From: Myxococcota bacterium
GTDB lineage: Bacteria; Myxococcota_A; SURF-8
Length of the DNA stretch: 64,000 nt
Reading direction: 5' to 3'
Assembly (NCBI GenBank): GCA_965140415.1
Contig: OZ223209.1
Location: forward strand, 4,928,001 to 4,992,000
Below the pieces are notes generated by a model, which made no database searches, was not told where the DNA came from, and saw nothing but the letters and a program-made list of their open reading frames with translations. Within the stretch, counting starts at the first letter, position 1. The number at the start of each line of letters is the position of its first letter. The position numbers and the translations under genes were made by a program. This document shows positions 18,438 to 28,313 of this stretch, one piece after another.

Positions 18438-20651
18438 CTAGTCGGTCAAGTGAACCGATCCGATTTTGATGGCGTCTTCTTCTTTTTCCGGGCCGGAGAC
18501 CACCGGCAAACGCTTGTTGGAGCGGAAGAAACCGATCTTCAGATCCATGCGCCCGGTTGAGACACGTGAAGGAATCACGCCGGTCCAGGTGTCTTTGATG
18601 AACTGGCCCTTTTGCCAGCGATCGGTGGGATAATGCCCTCCTGTCGGCAGGTGATCGCCATTCAAGCGGCCTCCACCGAAATTGACATCGCCATGGATGA
18701 AAATTGAATAATCCTCGTTGACGGCGTCGAGCACCTCGAAATAAAGCGTGATGGTGATTTTCTCTCCGATCCGGTACTTCTCCTTGTCCGTCTCCCAACC
18801 CAACATCTTGATTTTATTATCCCAGTTGGCTTCGAAGGGTCTGGCCAGCACCGGACGTTGTTTGAGCAGGTAGGTGTCCTTGCTTACCGCTTCCTTTTCC
18901 AAGGGTTCGGTGGCCACCAGGTACGTGAAGGGATGGCTGGAATCCACAATGAACAGATCTCGGTTGCTTTCCTTCTTCACCTTGTTGCGCAGCTTGGAAT
19001 AGATGTTGCGATCCACCATACAAAAGAGTTTTCCCGGACGTTTAAAGAACTTGTCCGCCGATTTGACACTGCGTGAATTCAGATACACCGACTTGTTATT
19101 GAAGTAGTACGAAACACTACGGCGCTCCCAACTGTGGTATTCGCAGACCGGCTCGTCGTTGACGGCCAGTCGTTCGTAGGCTTCCCACAGTTTTTTCTGG
19201 CTCATCGTGTCCGACAAGCGCGGCATCAGCCACATGTTGCAGAACACGGAAAAGGCGATGGCGAACGCGCCCAGCAGGGCGAGATTGTAGATCCTGAAGC
19301 GTTTGAGCAGCACCGGCAATCCCATTGCGATTCCCATGGGAATGAACAGCACATACATCGCCGTGCGCGGGTCCACGCTATGCGGCAGGGCGCGGTCGTA
19401 GTAATAAATGAACAAGTGAATCAGGTACTTGTAGTTCGTCACCAGATCCTTGGCGACCACGCCGAACAGAAACACCGCCAGAAACATTTCCATGCGGGTC
19501 GCGTTGCTGACATCGCGCGGTTCACGGATCTTCGCCTCGATGTAGTGGGCGACGATCAACGCCAGGAAAGGAATGACCGGGAAAATGTAGTGGTTGAACT
19601 TGGTGCTTGAAAGAGAAAAGAAGATATACGGCATTGCAAAGCAGAAGAACGTCATCAACTGCTTGCGATTTTGATTGATATTCTCACCCACCTTGCGGTT
19701 CAAAAATCGCACGAAAGCGAAAGGCAGAAACGCCGACCAGGGGAAAGTTGCATAGAAGATCTGCCGCACGTATAAATCGAAGGTATTGTTCGGCTTCTTG
19801 ATCATGCCCGCCATTCGCTCGAAATGGTGGTAGATGAAAAACGAATGGAAATAGCTGTAACCGAATTTGCTGGTCATATACACGAACCAGGGCGCGGCGA
19901 CGGCAAAGAAGATGATCAGCCCGCGCACGAAACGCATGCGCTTTAACACCGCCCAGTCCCAGGTGACCACCACGTAGGAGCCCACAACCGAAGCAGGGAT
20001 TACGATTGCCAATAAGCCCTTGGAAAGCATGGCCAGACCGGAGAAGAACCAGAAGCCGTACATCCATCGCAACTTGTCGGGATATTTAAATAGCGCCACC
20101 AGTAAAAATCCCAAAGCCGTGGTTTGAAACACCACGTAGGGCATGTCGAAAATCGTTTGCCGGGCTATAAAGAAAAACTGTGGCGAGGTCGCCAGCACAA
20201 GCGTACTGATCAGCCCCACCCGCCAACTGAATAACCGACCGAACAGGAAGTTGAACATCACCAGACCGAAAGTGGCAATCAGCACAATCGGCAGGCGCGC
20301 GGCAAACTCCGTCTGTCCGAACACGGCGAAGGAAGGCTTTAAAAACCAGAACAGGATAACGGGCTTGGAAAACCAGCGGTCGCTATGGCGATAGGTGGGC
20401 GTCAACCAGGTATCGACCTGGGTCATTTCCATGGCCACCTGCGAATAATGCGGCTCCCAGGGATCCCAGAGCGGATAATCCATCTTGGGCAGATAGATCG
20501 CCAGAGAAACCAGCACTACCAATAGCGCCAGAATGACGTCACGATGTTTGAAAAATGGCAGAGCGCTCTGCGCTTCGTCGTTGTCCCACTGCTTCCACAT
20601 ACCTATGCTCTCCGTTTTTGTTGATCTCGACTCGTGGCGTTCGTCCATCAT
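18438..20651 (-). CDS. ArnT/PMT-family (GT83/GT39) membrane glycosyltransferase with soluble C-terminal domain
   Basis: LWDPWEPHY…EM, FSKPVI, EFAARLP, LSKG, APWF, TFPWSAF, TKFNHYIFP; many TM segments; C-terminal FIH…DH…YPTDRW domain. Confidence 0.88.
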   Translation of the reverse strand: MMDERHESRSTKTESIGMWKQWDNDEAQSALPFFKHRDVILALLVVLVSLAIYLPKMDYPLWDPWEPHYSQVAMEMTQVDTWLTPTYRHSDRWFSKPVILFWFLKPSFAVFGQTEFAARLPIVLIATFGLVMFNFLFGRLFSWRVGLISTLVLATSPQFFFIARQTIFDMPYVVFQTTALGFLLVALFKYPDKLRWMYGFWFFSGLAMLSKGLLAIVIPASVVGSYVVVTWDWAVLKRMRFVRGLIIFFAVAAPWFVYMTSKFGYSYFHSFFIYHHFERMAGMIKKPNNTFDLYVRQIFYATFPWSAFLPFAFVRFLNRKVGENINQNRKQLMTFFCFAMPYIFFSLSSTKFNHYIFPVIPFLALIVAHYIEAKIREPRDVSNATRMEMFLAVFLFGVVAKDLVTNYKYLIHLFIYYYDRALPHSVDPRTAMYVLFIPMGIAMGLPVLLKRFRIYNLALLGAFAIAFSVFCNMWLMPRLSDTMSQKKLWEAYERLAVNDEPVCEYHSWERRSVSYYFNNKSVYLNSRSVKSADKFFKRPGKLFCMVDRNIYSKLRNKVKKESNRDLFIVDSSHPFTYLVATEPLEKEAVSKDTYLLKQRPVLARPFEANWDNKIKMLGWETDKEKYRIGEKITITLYFEVLDAVNEDYSIFIHGDVNFGGGRLNGDHLPTGGHYPTDRWQKGQFIKDTWTGVIPSRVSTGRMDLKIGFFRSNKRLPVVSGPEKEEDAIKIGSVHLTD

Positions 20652-20702
20652 CTGTCAAACTTGACACGATGTGATAAACCATTTAGCCGAAAACTTCAAC
20701 CT

Positions 20703-21455
20703 TCATTTTTCTCGAGATTTCTCTTCCAGATGTTTTTCAATGGCCTTGCGCACATTCGGGTCACGCAATAAGGCCTGAAACTCCGGGCTATTGATTACTT
20801 CGAATATGTTTTCGCTTTGCAGATCCTGCAATAATTTCGGGTTTTTCAATGCCTTTTCGACACTGGCGACGGAATCCTTCTTCTTCTTTTTCACAACCGG
20901 CTTTGTCTGCGACGGCTGTTTTTCGTCCAGCAGTTGCGCCTTCAGGTGCCGATACAGCCGCAGCGTTTCATCCGGAGTGATGTAGTCGATGGCCCCGGTA
21001 CGCGCCATAAAACGCATGACGTGCGACTCCTGAAAGACGGCAATGGTCTCCGGGCGCGTTTTGAAGACCTGATCCTTGACCATGCCCAGAAGCAGGATTA
21101 AAATCACCAGAATCAAGGCCGCTTTCACGATTCCCAGAAACACGCCGAGCAGACCGTCGAACACGCCGACTGTTTCCGAGCCTTCCTTCAAGGAGACGAC
21201 GAGCATCTTTCCGAGCCGATACAATAGCAGATACAGCACCAGCCAGCAGGCGGCCAGCGCCATGAACTGTCCGACACCATGCACGTTTCCCACATGTTCG
21301 GCCAACCAGGCCCGCAGAATCGGAGCCATCCAGATCGAGCCCAGATACGCCAGTACCAATGCGGCCAGTTTTACCGCCTGTAATAGTCCCCCCACGAAAT
21401 AACCGAACACCGCATAGAGGGACGCAAATATGAGACAAGCCAGATCGATGATCAT
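20703..21455 (-). CDS. cvpA: CvpA family membrane protein
   Basis: IIDL…GYFVG; DGLLGVFLGIVKA motif; four TM segments. Confidence 0.75.
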   Translation of the reverse strand: MIIDLACLIFASLYAVFGYFVGGLLQAVKLAALVLAYLGSIWMAPILRAWLAEHVGNVHGVGQFMALAACWLVLYLLLYRLGKMLVVSLKEGSETVGVFDGLLGVFLGIVKAALILVILILLLGMVKDQVFKTRPETIAVFQESHVMRFMARTGAIDYITPDETLRLYRHLKAQLLDEKQPSQTKPVVKKKKKDSVASVEKALKNPKLLQDLQSENIFEVINSPEFQALLRDPNVRKAIEKHLEEKSREK

Positions 21456-21803
21456 GAAAACACTCCGTTTCGGATCGCATGATCCTACCGACAGCCCCGG
21501 CTAAAGTCAATAAATCACGTGGGATTGCGGCAATTTCGCCATCGAGTCAACGTGTACTTTCGTTGACTCCGATGAGCCTTAACGAACTTTCATCGTGCGA
21601 AAAGTTACCCTACGCTGTTTGAAATCACAGGAAGGGCGTGCTATACAAATCGGCATCCCCAAAGTTTCGCTGGATTAAGCCCAATTTCCCACCCCGATGT
21701 TTGTGATTCTTGGCCTCAGTGCGTGCTTGCGCCCTCGCCCGCTTTCTGCTATGCTTCGCGCATGGAAATTTTCAGGATATTCCTTGCAATTACGGAGTGA
21801 TCC

Positions 21804-23003
21804 ATGTCTTTTCGATCGATAGTGGCAATGCTGGCGTTGATGGCCTGTCTGGGAGTGATCGGATGCGGCGATCACGGTGACAACACCGAAACGACCACCC
21901 CTCCGGCTTCCCCCGAAATGCTTAGCGCCATTCCATCTTCGGATATCTTTCTGGTACAGATTCCCGGTGAGCCGGACGATGTTTTCCGGGAAAACAGCGG
22001 CACCACGACGGACGGTGACACCGTGGCGGATGGCGACGGTGATGGCGACATCGACGGCGATACCGATGTGGAAGCCAGCGGCGGCGGCGCCGCAACGGAA
22101 GACCGTAAGGAAAGCTTTTTAAGCTCCGCCCGCATCCATGCCTACTGGCTGAATCAATCGCTGTCCCCTTACCTGGATATCATGGAGCGCATCCAGCCCT
22201 ATCCCACTCAAACGGCCACGGAGCAGCAAGTGCTCTGGCAGCTTTCACAGCCGATTTCGGAAGAAGAAACGGTCGTGCCGCAATTCACGCTGACGAAACT
22301 GAGCGACACGAAATACAGTTATCAACTGAATCTGCGCGGCACTTCCGAGCAGAGCCAGTTCCTCTCGGCCTGGCAGGGCAACATGGACCACGAACAACTG
22401 AGCGGGGAATTGTCCAGCGATTACGGCGAAGGCGTCCTGAACTTGAACTTCAGCACCATCGCCACGGTAGACAGCAGCCAGACGCGCCAGGGCACTGTTA
22501 CCCTGACCTTCAATAACAGTTCGACAGACGGTCGCAGCATCACCTTCGACTACAAAGACTATGTCGCCGTCAACGACGACCCGGACACTCCCCGCGATCT
22601 GATCCACGAATACCACTATGGCCAGAACGGCTCCGGTTACTATCACTATCAAACCTGGGACAACTGGTACCGACGCAAGCCCAACGGCGCGGAATCGGAT
22701 ACCGGGATTCTGGAAATGCTGGACCACAACGTACGCTGGGTCGGGGAAAGCGGCGGCATGCCCGGCGGCGGTGCAGCTCTGGTTACGATTACCGGGCAGG
22801 ACATCGACGATCAGAACCTGGATCATGTCGAACTGCTGGAATGCTGGGACCGCACGCTGAAACGGACCTATTCGATCACGATGTACTACTGGAAGACCGC
22901 ACCTACGGAAGGCAACCCGACCTGCAGCGAGGATTCCATCAGCGGCGATTACGATCTGTGTCCCTTCCAGAACGTATTTACGCGCCCGAGCTGCGATCAA
23001 TAA
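21804..23003 (+). CDS. Hypothetical lipoprotein with DGD linker
   Basis: Lipobox VIGC; GGAG RBS; beta-rich body ending in ECWD…GDYDLCPF. Confidence 0.8.
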   Translation: MSFRSIVAMLALMACLGVIGCGDHGDNTETTTPPASPEMLSAIPSSDIFLVQIPGEPDDVFRENSGTTTDGDTVADGDGDGDIDGDTDVEASGGGAATEDRKESFLSSARIHAYWLNQSLSPYLDIMERIQPYPTQTATEQQVLWQLSQPISEEETVVPQFTLTKLSDTKYSYQLNLRGTSEQSQFLSAWQGNMDHEQLSGELSSDYGEGVLNLNFSTIATVDSSQTRQGTVTLTFNNSSTDGRSITFDYKDYVAVNDDPDTPRDLIHEYHYGQNGSGYYHYQTWDNWYRRKPNGAESDTGILEMLDHNVRWVGESGGMPGGGAALVTITGQDIDDQNLDHVELLECWDRTLKRTYSITMYYWKTAPTEGNPTCSEDSISGDYDLCPFQNVFTRPSCDQ

Positions 23004-23175
23004 CCTGCTAAATGCCGGTCGGCGCTCATCATGACCGACCGGCAACGGTGCCCGATTGGTAGCAGCCCGGAAAACAACAACAGGGCTGCTAGTAACCTCC
23101 CCTCTTTCGCGATACCATTCAGAGGGAACGTATTCTTCACCGGCCCGGGTCAAATCTAAAAGAGGAAAGTTCGTA

Positions 23176-24039
23176 ATGAAGCCAAACCGACAGCGCTTTT
23201 TTCTTGTTCTTTCGGTGCTGTTTCTTGCACTGCTCGTTTTCGGCTGCGTAAAACCGAAGCCAGACCCAAAGCGCGTTCAAACCGGTGGCAGCGGTTCGCT
23301 GCTGTACTCCCTGCATGTCGAAACAGACATCTACCGGCAGGTGGAAGTGCAAAGCACGCCGCAGGCAATTAACGCAACGACGGAAAACGCCGTAACCCAG
23401 GAAGCAATAGAGGCCGAAGACGAGCGAGAGGCCATCCAGCCGGAAACCACCTGGGTTTGGAAGAAAGTCGAAGTCGAAGAAGAACAGACCGACGACATCC
23501 AGGTTGAAGAAATCGGAACCGATGGCGAGGAGCAGGCATCCGAACATGCCGTCATGCCTACCGAAGAGCCCACCTGCTTGCAAGAGGAAGATCCCTGCGA
23601 ATGCATCGGCGACTTTTACGGCGAGGCGGCGATCATCTTCATTCCCGAACAGCCCATGAAAATCGTTTGGATGAATCGGCGCGGCTGGCCTGGGCATTAC
23701 GCCAACGGCACCCTGGTGCAGGATGGCGAAGACTGGCGCTACGGCGGACCGGTGCCGGGCGAGTTGGGTGGCTGCGAAGTCAGCAAGATGACCTGGGACT
23801 TCATGCAACGCTTGACGGAGTTGGAGTTGACCTGTCGCTGGGAGAACACGGAATACGAGTGCCGGGGCGAAGACCAGATCGAACTGAAGGTTTCAGAGCC
23901 ACAGGACATCAAACCGGAAGTCAAGGAACTGCCCTGGACCACCGAACTGGAGGGAACCGTCATTCGCTACGGCGACGAGCAACTGCGGGAGCCTTTGCCT
24001 GCATTCACTACGGAAACCGAAACCGATAGCGAACAGTAA
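23176..24039 (+). CDS. Hypothetical acidic lipoprotein
   Basis: Lipobox VFGC after MKPNRQR; AGAGGA RBS; Glu-rich. Confidence 0.7.
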   Translation: MKPNRQRFFLVLSVLFLALLVFGCVKPKPDPKRVQTGGSGSLLYSLHVETDIYRQVEVQSTPQAINATTENAVTQEAIEAEDEREAIQPETTWVWKKVEVEEEQTDDIQVEEIGTDGEEQASEHAVMPTEEPTCLQEEDPCECIGDFYGEAAIIFIPEQPMKIVWMNRRGWPGHYANGTLVQDGEDWRYGGPVPGELGGCEVSKMTWDFMQRLTELELTCRWENTEYECRGEDQIELKVSEPQDIKPEVKELPWTTELEGTVIRYGDEQLREPLPAFTTETETDSEQ

Positions 24040-24045
24040 GCTGCA

Positions 24046-25047
24046 ATGGATGCGATTAGCGTACAAGACCTGACGAAACACTACCACAGCAGCCTGCGGC
24101 GCGAGGGATTGGCCGGAAGCCTTGTCGATCTCTTTTCCAGGCGTAAGCAGCTGGTCAAAGCGGTGGAAAACGTCAGTTTCCGCGTCGAACAGGGCGAGAC
24201 AATCGGTCTGATCGGCCCCAACGGAGCGGGAAAATCCACCATCATCAAAATGCTTACCGGCATTTTAAAGCCGACTTCCGGCACGCTATCGGTGCTGGGT
24301 ATCACGCCTTTCCAACAGCGCAAACAACACGCCATGCAGATCGGCGTGGTCTTCGGCCAGCGCAGCCAGCTCTGGTGGGATCTGGCGGTTATCGAAGCCT
24401 TTCGCCTGCTGGGTAAAATCTATCAGGTTCCCCAACAGGATTTTCAAGCGCGGCTGGAGGCGTTTATCGACATTCTGGAGTTGGCTCCGATCCTGAATCG
24501 GCAGGTGCGTAAATTATCACTGGGCCAGCGTATGCGCTGCGATCTGGCGGCGTCATTGCTGCACAATCCACCGGTACTGTTTCTGGATGAGCCGACCATC
24601 GGCATGGATGTAGCGGTCAAGGCGCGTATGCGGGATTTCATCCGGCACATCCGCAGCGAATTCGGAACGACGATCTGTTTGACCACACACGACACCTCGG
24701 ATATCGAGGAACTATGCAGCCGCCTGATTCTGATCGATCGTGGACAGGTGCTGTTCGACGACTCACTGGAACGCTTTAAAACGATGCACGGCCATTACCG
24801 GACCTTGACCATCGATTTCGAAAACCTGTTAAGCGAAGAAGATCTGCAACGCCAGTTGAAGCAAATGGATGTCACGGCACAATGTCCCTTCCCCGGACGG
24901 GTGGAGGTCACCTTCAACCGCGAGCATTTCACGGCGCTGCAACTGATGCAAAAGCTTGGCGACAACTTCAGCATCCGCGACTTTCAAACCTCGGAAGTCA
25001 AGATCGAGGAGATCATCCGCACCATGTACGAGGGGTTCTCGTCGTGA
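24046..25047 (+). CDS. ABC transporter ATP-binding protein
   Basis: GPNGAGKS, VFGQRSQLWWDL, LSLGQRMR, LFLDEPT. Confidence 0.93.
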   Translation: MDAISVQDLTKHYHSSLRREGLAGSLVDLFSRRKQLVKAVENVSFRVEQGETIGLIGPNGAGKSTIIKMLTGILKPTSGTLSVLGITPFQQRKQHAMQIGVVFGQRSQLWWDLAVIEAFRLLGKIYQVPQQDFQARLEAFIDILELAPILNRQVRKLSLGQRMRCDLAASLLHNPPVLFLDEPTIGMDVAVKARMRDFIRHIRSEFGTTICLTTHDTSDIEELCSRLILIDRGQVLFDDSLERFKTMHGHYRTLTIDFENLLSEEDLQRQLKQMDVTAQCPFPGRVEVTFNREHFTALQLMQKLGDNFSIRDFQTSEVKIEEIIRTMYEGFSS

Positions 25048-25853
25048 GCAGTTTACGCGCCTACCTGCATTACATCAAACTCGGTTTTCTGGAACTGATG
25101 GCCTACCGCATCACCATCATCATGCTGACGCTATCGATTCCGATCACGATGTTCGCGCGCTACTACGTCTTTAAATCTCTGTATGAAAACGACACGCCGG
25201 TCGCCTCGGTGGAAGGCTACACTGTACGTGGCATATTGACGTATTTAGCCCTTACAGTGTTATTGCGTTCCTTCTTCCGCAGCGCCATCGACCGCCGCAT
25301 CGGGCGAGCCGTGCGCGACGGTCACATCGTGTTCGAGTTGATTCGTCCGCTGAACTACAACCTGATCATGTTCTTTCGCGCCGTCGGAAAAAGCGCCAAC
25401 CGCTTCATGTTCGTGTCGTTACCACTGGTGCTACTGTTTCTGTTCACGGATATTCTACTTCTTCCCCATGATCCGACGATTTGGCTCGTGTTTCTGGCAG
25501 CCTGCGTCAACGGTTATCTGCTGGCGTATTCACTGGAATTCTTTATCGGCATTCTAAGCTTTTTCACCGGATACAATATCGGCTTGATCTGGACCTTCGA
25601 CATGCTCACGACCTTCATGGCGGGACTGATCGTCCCGCTGCACTTTTTCCCGGAGCAGATCGCGAATATCCTACTGCACCTGCCCTTCCGGCACGTTTTC
25701 TACACCCCGGCACAATTGCTGTTGGGGCAGATTCCGCTTTCCGACGCGCCACCTCTGCTGCTCAACAGCTTTGTCTGGGTAATCGCAATCGGCTTGGTCA
25801 ACTACATGTTGTTTCGAATCGGGCGTGCTCGGCTGGCCATTGCAGGCGGCTGA
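25044..25853 (+). CDS. ABC-2 family permease (DUF990 type)
   Basis: GTGA overlap with the ATPase; VRDG…LIRPLN, GLIVPLHFFP, LPF…YTP, C-terminal GG. Confidence 0.85.
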   Translation: MSSLRAYLHYIKLGFLELMAYRITIIMLTLSIPITMFARYYVFKSLYENDTPVASVEGYTVRGILTYLALTVLLRSFFRSAIDRRIGRAVRDGHIVFELIRPLNYNLIMFFRAVGKSANRFMFVSLPLVLLFLFTDILLLPHDPTIWLVFLAACVNGYLLAYSLEFFIGILSFFTGYNIGLIWTFDMLTTFMAGLIVPLHFFPEQIANILLHLPFRHVFYTPAQLLLGQIPLSDAPPLLLNSFVWVIAIGLVNYMLFRIGRARLAIAGG

Positions 25854-25885
25854 AGAGAATCGGGAATGCTGTTGCCATAGCAACT

Positions 25886-26024
25886 CTTAATCATTTTTAA
25901 CCACGGATTCAAAGATTTTGTGCCATAGTCTTACGCGATCGAAAATCGTGGAAGTCTGTGTGTCTTCAATAAGTTACACACGGCCTCCCGGAATTTCCAT
26001 TCCGTGAGACCATGGCACATCGTG
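25886..26024 (-). repeat. ~140-bp intergenic element, family B, copy 2
   Basis: Reverse-complement match to 18217-18354; lies just 3' of pyrD. Confidence 0.9.
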
Positions 26025-26059
26025 ATTGCTTGATGAACAGAATTGAATTATATCTGCGC

Positions 26060-27025
26060 TTACCCGCGCATGTTTTTGGAAAACGGCAGGCTCTGTTGAT
26101 GCTTGTCGTATTCGATGGCGCCGATCCAGTCGTTGATGTCGGAGACTCCCATTTCCGCCAATAACGCCTGCATCCCGCCGGGCATCTCGGCCATGGCAGT
26201 CGGATTGACGAAGGAGGCCGTACCGACCTGCACCGCACAAGCACCCACCAGCATGAACTCCAACGCATCCTGAGCGGTCATGATACCGCCCATGCCGATC
26301 ACCGGAACGCTGACCGCCCGGCAGACGTCGTGCGTCATACGCAGCGCCAGCGGCTTGATGGCAGGCCCGGAAAGACCGCCGATAATGTTCGCCAGGATGG
26401 GGCGTCGATTGCGAATGTTCACGGCCATACCGGTGAAGGTGTTGACCAGGCTCAGCGCATCCGCCCCGGCATCGACAGCCGTTTTGGCCATCATAGCGAT
26501 ATCGGTCACATTGGGTGACAGTTTCACGATCAGCGGCACCTTGCAGAACTTTTTCGCCTCGGCCACCACTTCGGCCATCTGCTTGGGATCGGTGCCGAAC
26601 ACGATGCCGCCCTCGCGCACGTTGGGACAACTGATGTTCATTTCCAGCGCGTCCACGCCATCCACCGAGGAAAGCTTTTCGGCCAGTTCGGCGTATTCCG
26701 CCACGGTATGACCGTAGAAATTCACGATGCAGGCGGTTTCGGTCAGGCTTTTCAAAAACGGCAGCTTCTTTTCAACGAACACATCCAGCCCGACGTTATT
26801 CAGGCCGATGGCGTTAAGCATACCGCTGGGTGTTTCCCAGATGCGCGGTGTCGGATTGCCCGCCTTGGGTTGCAGGCTGATCCCCTTGGTGGCGATGCCA
26901 CCCAATAGCGCAGGATCGAAAAAGTCAGAAAGATCTTCGCCGTAACCGAAGGTGCCCGAGGCGGCGATGATCGGGTTTTTCAATGTCAGGCCGAAGCAGT
27001 CGACCGCAAGTTTGACGTCGCTCAT
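26060..27025 (-). CDS. pyrD: Dihydroorotate dehydrogenase family 1B, catalytic subunit
   Basis: KNPIIAASGTFGYG, GNPTPRI, NISCPNV, VKLSPN, GGLSGPAIKP; start coupled to the pyrK stop (TGATG). Confidence 0.95.
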   Translation of the reverse strand: MSDVKLAVDCFGLTLKNPIIAASGTFGYGEDLSDFFDPALLGGIATKGISLQPKAGNPTPRIWETPSGMLNAIGLNNVGLDVFVEKKLPFLKSLTETACIVNFYGHTVAEYAELAEKLSSVDGVDALEMNISCPNVREGGIVFGTDPKQMAEVVAEAKKFCKVPLIVKLSPNVTDIAMMAKTAVDAGADALSLVNTFTGMAVNIRNRRPILANIIGGLSGPAIKPLALRMTHDVCRAVSVPVIGMGGIMTAQDALEFMLVGACAVQVGTASFVNPTAMAEMPGGMQALLAEMGVSDINDWIGAIEYDKHQQSLPFSKNMRG

Positions 27026-27840
27026 CACTTCACCTCCTGCCGACCATAATCCGAAAGCTCCTGCGCCTGAAAGACCGGACCTTCCTTGCAGACCCGCACG
27101 AAGTTGCCGTGATCGTCCTTGGTTACGCAACCCAGACAAACGCCGAAACCGCAGCCCATAATCGCCTCCAGCGAAAGCTGGCAACTAAGCTTGTGCTCCA
27201 AGGCAATTTTACCGACGGCCTTCATCATCGGTTCCGGGCCGCAGCAGAACAGTTCGGTATTTGCATCAACCCCGGTTGCGATAATGTCCGTCAATAGCGC
27301 CGTCACCAGGCCCTGCTTGCCCAGGCTACCGTCTTCGGTAGCCACGCGCACGTTGACATTCAGCTCCTCCAACTGCCGGATGGCCTGAACATCCACTTTG
27401 GAACGACCGCCGATCAAAGCGACTTTGCGCACGTTCTTCATTTTCGGATGTGCTGCCAGTTCCACAAAAGGCGCAACGCCGATCCCGCCAGCCACGAAGA
27501 TGGCGCTTTTCATTGCGGAATCGATTGTAAACGGTTTTCCAAGCGGACCGACGAGTTCCACCTGTGTGCCGATCGGAAGCTGGCGCATCTGATGCGAACC
27601 ACGCCCGACATCCTTGATCAACAGATCCAACCGCCCTTCCGGGTTGCGGTGATCGGGCATGACGGCCCGGCAGATCGAATACGGACGCTTTAAGAACGGG
27701 TCTTGCAGACCGCTTGCACCGAGCATGATAAACTGCCCCGGCAGCGCCGCAGTCGCAAAAGGATAGCCCAGTTGCAGCAGGTAGTAATAACCGCCGGTAG
27801 ATTGCCGGCCTAGAATACGCGTGCTCGTTTTTTGCATCAT
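27025..27840 (-). CDS. pyrK: Dihydroorotate dehydrogenase electron transfer subunit
   Basis: PGQF, RPYS, GPLG, AGGIGVAP, CGPEPM, MGCGFGVCLGC…VCKEGPVF. Confidence 0.95.
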   Translation of the reverse strand: MMQKTSTRILGRQSTGGYYYLLQLGYPFATAALPGQFIMLGASGLQDPFLKRPYSICRAVMPDHRNPEGRLDLLIKDVGRGSHQMRQLPIGTQVELVGPLGKPFTIDSAMKSAIFVAGGIGVAPFVELAAHPKMKNVRKVALIGGRSKVDVQAIRQLEELNVNVRVATEDGSLGKQGLVTALLTDIIATGVDANTELFCCGPEPMMKAVGKIALEHKLSCQLSLEAIMGCGFGVCLGCVTKDDHGNFVRVCKEGPVFQAQELSDYGRQEVK

Positions 27841-28313
27841 GACAGGGTTAGCTCCATCAGTATCGCGTCTTCATTATCCGCTTGGTAGTAGTTCTTCCGC
27901 TTGCCGACCGCCACGAAGTCAAACCGTTCGTAAAGGCTTATCGCCTCGATATTACTTTCGCGCACCTCCAGCGTAACATGAATGTGCCCGCTGGACCTGC
28001 ATTCTTCCAACATGCTGCGAAGCAGCATCTCGCCGATGCCCTGTCGTCGGAAATCGGGCGAAACCGCCACATTCATCAAATGAGCTTCGTCGAGCACGGT
28101 CCAGTATATCAGATAGCCGAGCACGTGCGGCTCTTCTTTTTGCCGGGCGACCCGCTGCTTGGAGCGCGGGTTGAAAAATTCGTTTACGAACAGATCCGGC
28201 GTCCAGGGTGAACGAAAGCAAAGCCGCTCGATGTCGAGCACCTCGTCCAGATCGTCCAGCTGCATCTGCTCCCACAGAATGTCTGGCTGTGTTTTCTGGG
28301 CTGGATCGCTCAC
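27837..28313 (-). CDS. rimI: Ribosomal protein S18 alanine N-acetyltransferase
   Basis: IERLCFRSPW, NVAV…RRQGIG, TLEVRESN, RKNYY…EDAILM. Confidence 0.92.
   Translation of the reverse strand: MSDPAQKTQPDILWEQMQLDDLDEVLDIERLCFRSPWTPDLFVNEFFNPRSKQRVARQKEEPHVLGYLIYWTVLDEAHLMNVAVSPDFRRQGIGEMLLRSMLEECRSSGHIHVTLEVRESNIEAISLYERFDFVAVGKRKNYYQADNEDAILMELTLS

Noticed and set aside
18217-26024. Inverted pair of element B as the ends of a 7.8-kb transposon
   Set aside because: No transposase or integrase between them, no target duplication noticed, and the cargo is ordinary; better read as dispersed repeats.
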